Shown one piece after another: positions 10,156 to 17,643 of a stretch of 64,000 bases of DNA. Position 1 is the first letter of the stretch, and the number at the start of each line of letters is the position of its first letter. The DNA comes from Vicinamibacteria bacterium. GTDB taxonomy: Bacteria; Acidobacteriota; Vicinamibacteria; Marinacidobacterales; Marinacidobacteraceae. The DNA is taken from NCBI GenBank assembly GCA_963555995.3, contig OY821641.1, forward strand, positions 800,001 through 864,000, given 5' to 3'. The position numbers were made by a program, and so were the translations under genes. The notes beneath the pieces are model-generated. The model was not told the DNA's origin and did not search any database. It was given only the letters and a program-made list of their open reading frames with translations.

Positions 10156-10279
10156 GGCCGGCAGCGCCAGCACGGCCCGGATGGCCGGTCGCCATCCAAC
10201 CGGCCGGCCGGTTCCCCCGTGCTACCTTTCTGGAACCCTGCCCAGAGCGTCGGAGAGCCTTGTATCCGTGTCCGCGATA

Positions 10280-10843
10280 GTGACGCAAACCACCGTGCGC
10301 AGGGGGTTTCTGGCGCTGGCCCTGGTGGTCCTGGCCGGAGGACTCGAAGCGTCCACGGTGCGGCGGCTGACGCTGGATGAGATGGCCGTCCACGCCGACC
10401 AGATCTTCACCGGGCAGGTGGTCGGCATCGCGAGCCAGTTGAATGCGCGGCGCACCGGCATCCACACCTTCGTCACCATCGAGGTGGACGAGTACCTCAA
10501 GGGAGGCCGCCGCAACCTGCTCACCCTGCGGTTCCTGGGAGGTGAGGCCGAGGGCTACCGGCTGGTGGTTCCGGGATCTCCCGTGTTCCACCTCGGCGAG
10601 GAGGTTCTCGTGTTCAGCGACGGGGGGGCCGGCAGGATCCCGACCGTGCTGGGCATGGCGGCGGGCAAGTTCACGGTGGGCCGCGACCCGGACACCGGTA
10701 ACCGGGTGCTCGAGCGGTCCCTGGCCGGTCTGACCCTCAAGGATCCCGGCGGCGCGCCGCCGGCCACCGGCGCGGCGCTGCCCGCGGGGCCGGTGCCGCT
10801 CGACGAGGTGCGCCGCATCGTGCGGGAGACGCTCGCCCAGTGA
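10280..10843 (+). CDS. secreted hypothetical protein (STVxxLTLDEM..ADxIFxGxV type, possible OB/TIMP-like fold)
   Basis: Signal peptide ending LEA; GTG start inferred; stop overlaps the next start (GTGA). Confidence 0.7.
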   Translation: MTQTTVRRGFLALALVVLAGGLEASTVRRLTLDEMAVHADQIFTGQVVGIASQLNARRTGIHTFVTIEVDEYLKGGRRNLLTLRFLGGEAEGYRLVVPGSPVFHLGEEVLVFSDGGAGRIPTVLGMAAGKFTVGRDPDTGNRVLERSLAGLTLKDPGGAPPATGAALPAGPVPLDEVRRIVRETLAQ

Positions 10844-11850
10844 CCGGGCCCGGTTCCGCCGCCGCCGGGTCCCGCCGCGCGGTCCGCCTGCTGGCGGTCC
10901 TGCTCGCGCTGTCGGTGGGAATCCCGGCGGCCTCCGGATACCAGTTGATCCGCGGCCGCGGCTTTGTCTGGGCGGAAGGCCTCCGTCCCGTCGGCTACTG
11001 GGTCGCCAACGTGGCGGACGACTCGATGACGGTGGACCAGGTGGTCGCCGAGACCAGAGCGGCTTTCGACACCTGGAGCGCCCCGGAGGAGGTCGGTCTC
11101 TCGTTCTCGTACCGCGGCAGGACCAACCAGCGCCCCTTCGAGTTCTTCGACCGGACCAACGCGGTGGGCTTCACTTCGCGCGAAGAGTTGGCCGAGTTCG
11201 GGCTCTCCGACGTCACGCTGGCGGTGACGAGCTGGCTCACCGTCATCGAGACCGGAGTCATCGCCGAGGCGGACATCATCGTCAATCCGGCCTATGGCTG
11301 GACCGAAACCCCCGAGCAGGGAGGCTGGGACTACCGCTCGACGATGATTCACGAGGTCGGCCATTTCCTCGGGCTGGGTCATTCGGGCGTCGGCCGCCAG
11401 TCCGAGGGTTCGCTGCTTGCCGGCTCGAGTGTCATGTGGCCGTACGGGTTCGGAAGCGGCACCACCCTCGGGCGGGAGCTCACCGCCGATGACGTCACCG
11501 GGGCGTCGGTTCTCTACCCCGGTGCGACGGCTCCCACCGGAAGCATCCACGGCGTCGTCCGCCGCGCCTCGGGGGAAGCCGTCCGCTACGCGCACGTGGT
11601 TGCCTACGAGCCGGTGCTCGACCACACCGTGGGAGGCTGGGCGAACGGGGAGGGCCGTTACGAGATCGCCGGACTGCCCGACGGCCGCTACGTGCTGCGC
11701 GTGAATCCGATCTACGAGGGCCACACCGCCACCGCCTACTTCTTCCCCTTCGGCCAGGCGGACACGGATTTCAGCGTCACCGTGCATCCCCGCCTCGTGG
11801 CGGTCTCGGAGGGCGGGACGACCGAGGTCAGCCTCGAGGTCACCCAGTGA
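10840..11850 (+). CDS. matrixin-like (M10) zinc metalloprotease with C-terminal carboxypeptidase-regulatory-like domain
   Basis: Signal peptide; EADI; HEVGHFLGLGHS metzincin motif; Met-turn SVMWP; LTADD. Confidence 0.88.
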   Translation: MTGPGSAAAGSRRAVRLLAVLLALSVGIPAASGYQLIRGRGFVWAEGLRPVGYWVANVADDSMTVDQVVAETRAAFDTWSAPEEVGLSFSYRGRTNQRPFEFFDRTNAVGFTSREELAEFGLSDVTLAVTSWLTVIETGVIAEADIIVNPAYGWTETPEQGGWDYRSTMIHEVGHFLGLGHSGVGRQSEGSLLAGSSVMWPYGFGSGTTLGRELTADDVTGASVLYPGATAPTGSIHGVVRRASGEAVRYAHVVAYEPVLDHTVGGWANGEGRYEIAGLPDGRYVLRVNPIYEGHTATAYFFPFGQADTDFSVTVHPRLVAVSEGGTTEVSLEVTQ

Positions 11851-12665
11851 CCCCGCGGCGGCCGGGACTCGCCGCACTCCCGGTCGTGCTGACGGCGGGC
11901 CTGGCCGCCGCGGCGCCCCCGCCGGCGACTCCGGACGCGAACTCCGGGACGACGGCCGCTCCGGGTTCGGACACCGGCAGACTGGGCGAGATCCTCCGTA
12001 GTCTCCGCGAGGCGGCGGAGCAGGCGTCCAGCGTCGCGCAGACCGCGCCCCGCCGGCAGGGACCCGTTTTCTCGCAGCCGGGGGATTGGACGCATGCCGA
12101 AGCGGGCGTCGTCATCGGTAGCCAACTGGTGAATCAGGACCTGGGGTTTTCCCGGAACATCTTTCAGACAGTGAGCGCCGAAGCGGAAGATGTGGGGTTC
12201 GGCCAACATCTCGGCGCCCGCGGAGCCTTCTTCGTGAACCGCTACCTCGGAGCGGAAGCCGGTTTCACCCGGACCACGACCGATTTCGAGTTCTCGGTGA
12301 CCGATGAGGAGGCCGGGTTCACCGTCTTCCCGGAGCCCCTCGAGCAGGTGAGCCAGGAAGCCTCGGTGTCGGCGGTGCTGCAGTGGCCGCGCGCGGCGGT
12401 GACTCCCTACGGGGTCGTGGGTTACGCGTGGAGAACGTCCGAGGTCGAAGGGGCCGAGCCGTTCGAATCCGGCGCGGTGGTCGTGGGGATCGGGATCAAG
12501 GTGCCCTTCCCGGGTTCTCCGGTTCTGCTGGCGTTCGACTACCGCCGCATCGAGTTCCGGGACGAAGAAGCCGACGCGCTGCGGCTCGCGCAAGGCGGAG
12601 TGGGGAGTCCCACGGTGTCCGCGCTGACCCTGGGGGTCGTCGTCCGCCTCAACGTCAACCGTTGA
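11847..12665 (+). CDS. putative outer-membrane beta-barrel protein
   Basis: Signal peptide; alternating amphipathic strands (LGAEAGF, VTPYGVVGY, GIGIKV, LAFDYR); coupled to the matrixin gene. Confidence 0.6.
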   Translation: MTPRRPGLAALPVVLTAGLAAAAPPPATPDANSGTTAAPGSDTGRLGEILRSLREAAEQASSVAQTAPRRQGPVFSQPGDWTHAEAGVVIGSQLVNQDLGFSRNIFQTVSAEAEDVGFGQHLGARGAFFVNRYLGAEAGFTRTTTDFEFSVTDEEAGFTVFPEPLEQVSQEASVSAVLQWPRAAVTPYGVVGYAWRTSEVEGAEPFESGAVVVGIGIKVPFPGSPVLLAFDYRRIEFRDEEADALRLAQGGVGSPTVSALTLGVVVRLNVNR

Positions 12666-12760
12666 ACCCGCGGTGAATGTGCCCCCGCGAGCCTTCTGAG
12701 CCAAAGTCCCCAGACGGTGCATCGGGCGGTTCGTTTGCGGGGACACTTTCCCCACGGGTT

Positions 12761-12854
12761 GGCGGGCGAAATCGCTGCGCGATTCGCTCCGCCTTCTTTC
12801 GTGGGGAGGGGACACCCCTCCCCACACCCCACCCCCGCGGCGCTGCGCGCCGCG
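12761..12854. repeat. cluster of triloop hairpins between convergent genes (REP-like or terminator-like)
   Basis: AATCGC-TGC-GCGATT; GTGGGGAGGGG-ACA-CCCCTCCCCAC (11-bp perfect stem); CGCGGCGC-TGC-GCGCCGCG. Confidence 0.55.
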
Positions 12855-12899
12855 AACGTACACCCTCGAACTGACCGTCCGCGAACGGCCCTCGGAGCG

Positions 12900-13949
12900 T
12901 CAAGAACCCCGCCGCGGGACCGGCGGCAGTCCGCGGGTCGCGGTCCGGAACAGGAACCTCAGGGCCCGGTCGCGGCGGGCCGCGACGCTGGTGACGGCGA
13001 CGACGGCGCCCACGCTGAACCGCGACAGCCGGATCCTCCGCCCCTGCCGGAAGGACGGGGTCCGGTGGATACGCCGCAGCGCGAGCACGGCCAGCCCGAC
13101 GGCCCACAGGAGATGCCGCCGGATCCCGGCTTCGCGCCTCGGAATCAGCAGGATGAACCGGAGCGCGTTCGAGAGGTGGCCGCGGGTGATCGCCACCAGT
13201 CGGGAGAGCCCCTCGTCGAATCCCGGCCCGGCCCGGCCCGCGGCAAGGGAGGCGAGGTCGAAACCGGCGGCGCGGAACACGTCCTCGGGGAGCCAGCAGG
13301 CGCCGTTGTCCCAGTCGTCCCAGAGGTCCTTGAGGATGTTGGCCATCTGGAGGCCCTGGGCGTGGGAGACCGCGAGGGCCGTCAACTCCTGCCGGCGGCC
13401 CTCGATCTCGGCGGAGTAGTCGCAGAACAGCTCGACGAGCATTTCGCCCACGACCCCGGCGACGAAATAGCAATACCGGTCGAGCTGAGCCAGGTCCTTC
13501 AGGCCGACGGAGCCCGGGTCCCGCTGGAACTCCGCCATGCCCCGAGACATCACCCGGACGCAGCGTTCGACGGCGGCTCGCTGCGGGGCGCGAAGCCCCG
13601 CGGTCACGCGCAGGATGCGGCTCGCGCCGCGGGCGAGTTCCCGCTCCGGTTCCGGCGTCGCCGGGGTCAGCGCCGCCGCCAGCTCGCGGCCGAAGGATGC
13701 GGCGTCCCGGCGACCGGCGACGACCTCGGTCAGGCGTTCCCAGAACACCCGCTTCTGCGCCGGCGACAGCCCGGGTTCGTCTTCGATGGTGTCGGTGAGG
13801 CGGCACAGCAGATAGGCGTTGCCGACCACCGGCCGGAGACGCTCCGGGAGGGCGGGGATCGTGAGGGCGTAGGTGCGCGAGACGGCCTGGAGGATCCTCG
13901 CCTGGTAGGCGAGATCGCCGCCGCTCCCGCTGCCGGACGACGCGCTCAT
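12900..13949 (-). CDS. squalene/phytoene synthase family protein (copy 2)
   Basis: VSRTYALTI, YLLCRLTDTIED, YCYFVAGVVG, GLQMANILKD, CWLP. Confidence 0.9.
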   Translation of the reverse strand: MSASSGSGSGGDLAYQARILQAVSRTYALTIPALPERLRPVVGNAYLLCRLTDTIEDEPGLSPAQKRVFWERLTEVVAGRRDAASFGRELAAALTPATPEPERELARGASRILRVTAGLRAPQRAAVERCVRVMSRGMAEFQRDPGSVGLKDLAQLDRYCYFVAGVVGEMLVELFCDYSAEIEGRRQELTALAVSHAQGLQMANILKDLWDDWDNGACWLPEDVFRAAGFDLASLAAGRAGPGFDEGLSRLVAITRGHLSNALRFILLIPRREAGIRRHLLWAVGLAVLALRRIHRTPSFRQGRRIRLSRFSVGAVVAVTSVAARRDRALRFLFRTATRGLPPVPRRGS

Positions 13950-14992
13950 CGTGCTCCCGACGGCCGCGGGAGGCCGCGGGCGACCAGCCGGAAGAGGAGC
14001 CGGAGAGCCGGATCCCAGCGGGCGAAGACGCTGGTGACCACCACGACCGCCCAGACGCTGCGGCGGGACACCTTGACTTCGGTTCCGCTCGTGAACCCCG
14101 GTGTCCGGCGGATGCGCCGCAGGGTGAGCATCGCCAGCCCCAGGGGCCACAGGCAGAACCGCCGGATGCCGGTCTCGCGGGACGGAATGAGCAACGTGTA
14201 GCGGAGCGCCGCCTCGAGATGCCGGCGGGTGACGGCGACGAGCTCGAGGAGGCCCGCGGCGAACGCCGGATCGGTCCTTCCGGCGGGAAGCGCGTGGAGG
14301 TCGAGACCCGCCGCGCGGAAGACGTCCCGCGGCAGCCAGCAGGCGCCGCGGCGGTGGTCCTCCCAGACATCCTTGAGGACGTTGACCATCTGGAGCCCCT
14401 GGCCGAAGGGAACCGACAGCGCGAGCAGGTCCGCGCGCCGCTGGCGCATCTCGGCGGAGTACTCGCAGAAGAACGCGGTGAGCGCTTCTCCCACCACCCC
14501 CGCGACGTGGTAGCAGTAGCGGTTCAGGTGCTCGAGGTCGTCGAGGCCGTGGATGGTGGCGCCGCGCTGAAACTCCACCATGCCGCGCGTCATGATGCGG
14601 ACGCAGCGCCGGATCGCCGCGCGCTGCGCGTCGCTGAAGCGGGCGGTGACGCCGAGCACCCGTCCCGCGCCCGCGATCAGGTCGCGTTCGCTCGCGGTGG
14701 CGGCGGTCAGGCGCGCTCCCAGGTCGCGGGAGAAGACATCGGGGTCACCCCCGCCCGCGACCAGCTCGACGAGGCGGTCCGAGAAGGTCTCCTTCTCGTC
14801 CGCCGCGAGGGCCGGCTCGTCCTCGATGGTGTCGGCGATGCGGCACAGGAGGTAAAGGTTCCCGGTAACGTCCGACAGGTCTCCGGGCAGGGGACGGATG
14901 GTGAGCGCGAACGTCCGCGCCACCCCTTCCAGGATGCGCCGCTGATAGGCGAGATCGTCGTCCACCGGCGGGCGTGGGGGGTCTCTGGTCAT
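13946..14992 (-). CDS. squalene/phytoene synthase family protein (copy 1)
   Basis: VARTFALTI, YLLCRIADTIED, YCYHVAGVVG, FGQGLQMVNVLKD, GIRRFCLW. Confidence 0.9.
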   Translation of the reverse strand: MTRDPPRPPVDDDLAYQRRILEGVARTFALTIRPLPGDLSDVTGNLYLLCRIADTIEDEPALAADEKETFSDRLVELVAGGGDPDVFSRDLGARLTAATASERDLIAGAGRVLGVTARFSDAQRAAIRRCVRIMTRGMVEFQRGATIHGLDDLEHLNRYCYHVAGVVGEALTAFFCEYSAEMRQRRADLLALSVPFGQGLQMVNVLKDVWEDHRRGACWLPRDVFRAAGLDLHALPAGRTDPAFAAGLLELVAVTRRHLEAALRYTLLIPSRETGIRRFCLWPLGLAMLTLRRIRRTPGFTSGTEVKVSRRSVWAVVVVTSVFARWDPALRLLFRLVARGLPRPSGAR

Positions 14993-15139
14993 GGGGAAGG
15001 GGGGCACCGCGCTCTCCACGCGGGGCGCCAGGTGGCCCGGCATGGCCGGAGCGCGGCCCGAGGCAGGGCGCTTCGCCCGGGTCCCGGGCTGCCGGGCAGC
15101 CCCCGGGGTTCCGCCGCCGGCCTACAATTGCGAAGGCTA

Positions 15140-15211
15140 GCCGGTGTAGCTCAGGGGTAGAGCAGCTGATTCGTAATCAGCAGGTCGGTGGTTCAAATCC
15201 ACTCGCCGGCT
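15140..15211 (+). tRNA. tRNA-Thr(CGT)
   Basis: Cloverleaf GCCGGTG..., anticodon arm CTGAT-TCGTAA-TCAG, T-loop GGTTCAAATCC; CCA not encoded; TACAAT -10 at 15123. Confidence 0.95.
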
Positions 15212-15236
15212 CAGCCGGGTCTCCGCCATCGGTCCC

Positions 15237-16268
15237 TCAGTGGGCATCCCCCCGGAATTCCTCGACGGACGCCCCGAGCTTCCTCAAGTCCTCCGTGTCT
15301 CCGAGGAGCATGAGCCGGTCACCGCGCTCGATCCGCCGATGGCCCCTGGGCGCGATCAGCAGGTCCTGTCCGTCCCGCCGGATCGCCAGCACGAGCACGT
15401 TGGCTTCGCGTCCCAGGGCGGAATCGGCGATCGTCCTCCCCGCGAGTTCGGATCCGGGGGTCACCACGAGTTCGCCGGACCCGAAGCCCGGATGGGTCAT
15501 GTCGGAGAGGCCGTGCAGCAGGTGGTGGGCCTCGGAACCGCAGAGATTGCGGAGCACGACCCGGCTCGCGGTGAGGTACGGCGAGACGACATCCTGGGTG
15601 GCGGCGCCCGCCCGCTCCAGATTCGCGCGGGAACGGTCTTCCTCGGACCGGGCGATGACCCGGACCCCGGGACGGAGCGCGTTCGCGGTCATGGTGATCG
15701 ACAGGTTGTCGCTGTCGTTCGGGAGCAGGGCGACGATGGTCACGGCGCGCCGTACCCCGGCCCGTTCGAGCGTCTCTTCCGCCGTGGCGTCCCCGCGGAT
15801 CACGGTGACTCCCTGCCGGAGCGCCGCTTCGACGACGTCCGGGGACTCCTCGATCACGCACACCTCGTTCCCGTGCCGCCGGAGGCCGGCCGTCACGCGC
15901 CGGCCCATCCTGCCGAAACCGCAGACGATGATGTGGTCCTTCATGCGTCGAACTCTCCTTTCCTGCCGCTGCAGCGGCGCTTCGGCGATCCACTGGGCCA
16001 CCGCCCCGAACGAGTACCCCAGCGTTCCCACTCCGCCGCCGATGAGGAGCACCGCGAAGAGCCGGCCGGCCGGCGAGAGCGGCCGGACCTCGCCGAAACC
16101 CACCGTCGAGAGGGTGATGACCGTCATGTAGAACGCGTCGAGGGGACCCCACGACTCGATCCACATGAAGCCGAGGGTGCCGACGATGACCACGCCGGCG
16201 GCGGCGGTGGCGGCGGCGCCGAAGCCGAAGCGCCAGCGGGCGCGCCGCCACGGCCGAAAGACAGTCAC
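15237..16268 (-). CDS. potassium channel protein (2TM pore plus RCK/TrkA-N and TrkA-C)
   Basis: DAFYMTVITLSTVGFGE selectivity filter; CGFGRMG Rossmann motif; GDAT. Confidence 0.92.
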   Translation of the reverse strand: MTVFRPWRRARWRFGFGAAATAAAGVVIVGTLGFMWIESWGPLDAFYMTVITLSTVGFGEVRPLSPAGRLFAVLLIGGGVGTLGYSFGAVAQWIAEAPLQRQERRVRRMKDHIIVCGFGRMGRRVTAGLRRHGNEVCVIEESPDVVEAALRQGVTVIRGDATAEETLERAGVRRAVTIVALLPNDSDNLSITMTANALRPGVRVIARSEEDRSRANLERAGAATQDVVSPYLTASRVVLRNLCGSEAHHLLHGLSDMTHPGFGSGELVVTPGSELAGRTIADSALGREANVLVLAIRRDGQDLLIAPRGHRRIERGDRLMLLGDTEDLRKLGASVEEFRGDAH

Positions 16269-16359
16269 GGGACGTTCCCGTCGGCAGGTGTCAGGCGAGT
16301 ACTCAAGACGCGGATGCTGCGGCTACTCACCCGTGGGCCGGACCCGAACCCCAATCCGG

Positions 16360-16434
<75 letters not shown>

Positions 16435-16454
16435 TCCGGAATGTGGGGGAAGGC

Positions 16455-16483
16455 ACTCTACATTCGGTGGGGGCGTCTGTCAA
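16455..16483 (-). promoter_or_regulatory. sigma-70 promoter for tRNA-fMet
   Basis: TTGACA-17 bp-TAGAGT about 20 bp upstream of the tRNA. Confidence 0.75.
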
Positions 16484-16610
16484 AGCCTCGCCTTCCGGCG
16501 CCCTCGACGCCCGGGCCGCGAGTTACTATGAAAAGGAGATCCGGCGGGACCTCGGCAGTGCTGTCGGCGCTCCTTTCGTCCGCCGACCCGCCTGCTTCCC
16601 GAGTGCGTTC

Positions 16611-17618
16611 GTGACCGCTTCCAACCCGGACTCCCTGCTTGCTCCGGAGGAGGTTGCGCATGCGGTCGCGGCGCTCCGAAGCCTGACCGAGGAGTGCGAC
16701 GTGGATGCGTGGCGCACGGAACACCTCGGGCGCAAATCGCGGCTCATGCTGTCGCTGCGAGCGCTTGGCGGACTCGACCCCTCCCGGCGGGCCGCGGCCG
16801 GCCGACTGCTGAACGACGCGAAGAACCGGCTCGGACAGGCGCTGAAGGCGAAGCAGGCCGAGCTGAAGGCGCGCCGGACCGAGGACCTGAAGTCGCTCGA
16901 CGTCAGCCTTCCGGGGCGGCCGCTTCCACTCGGCGGGCTCCATCCGATCACGAGAACGGAGCGGGCCATCGTGTCCGCCTTCGCCACGATGGGGTTCCAC
17001 GTGATCGAGGGGCCCGAGGTGGAACTCGAGTACTACAACTTCGAGGCGCTCCGGATTCCCGCCGATCATCCGGCGCGGGACGCCATGGACACGTTCTATC
17101 TGGACGGTCCCGACGGCGCCGCGCCACTCCTCCTGCGCACGCACACCTCGCCGAACCAGATCCGCTACATGGAACGGCACGACCCGCCCATCCGGCTCAT
17201 CGCCCCGGGGCGCACGTACCGGAACGAGGCGACCGACGCCACCCACGAGTGGATGATCACCCAGACGGAAGTCCTGGCGGTGGACCGCGGACTCACGCTC
17301 GCCCACCTGAAGGGGACGCTCTACGAGTTCGCCCGGCATCTCTTCGGAGAGGAGCGGGAGATTCGCTTCCGTTGCGACTACTTCCCGTTCGTGGAGCCCG
17401 GGGTCGAGGTCTCGATCAGCAGTCCCGACGGCTGGATCGAGATCCTCGGGGCCGGCATGGTGCATCCCGAAATCCTGGCGAACATGGGGTACGACCCGGA
17501 GGTCCACACCGGGTTCGCGGCGGGACTCGGTGTCGAGCGGATCGCGATGCTCCGGCACGGGATCCGGGACATCCGCCGCTTCTACGAGAACGACCTGCGC
17601 TTCCTGCGCCAGTTCTGA
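16611..17618 (+). CDS. pheS: phenylalanine--tRNA ligase alpha subunit
   Basis: GGLHPI, NFEALRIPADHPARDAMDTFY, LLRTHTSP, FPFVEP, EILGAGMVHP, GLGVER, ENDLRFLRQF. Confidence 0.97.
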   Translation: MTASNPDSLLAPEEVAHAVAALRSLTEECDVDAWRTEHLGRKSRLMLSLRALGGLDPSRRAAAGRLLNDAKNRLGQALKAKQAELKARRTEDLKSLDVSLPGRPLPLGGLHPITRTERAIVSAFATMGFHVIEGPEVELEYYNFEALRIPADHPARDAMDTFYLDGPDGAAPLLLRTHTSPNQIRYMERHDPPIRLIAPGRTYRNEATDATHEWMITQTEVLAVDRGLTLAHLKGTLYEFARHLFGEEREIRFRCDYFPFVEPGVEVSISSPDGWIEILGAGMVHPEILANMGYDPEVHTGFAAGLGVERIAMLRHGIRDIRRFYENDLRFLRQF

Positions 17619-17643
17619 CCGCCCGCTTCAGGAGCCCGTTCCC

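Noticed and set aside
16484-16610. T-box or pheM-type attenuator upstream of pheS
   Set aside because: No T-box consensus, no Phe-rich leader peptide, and the region is too short.
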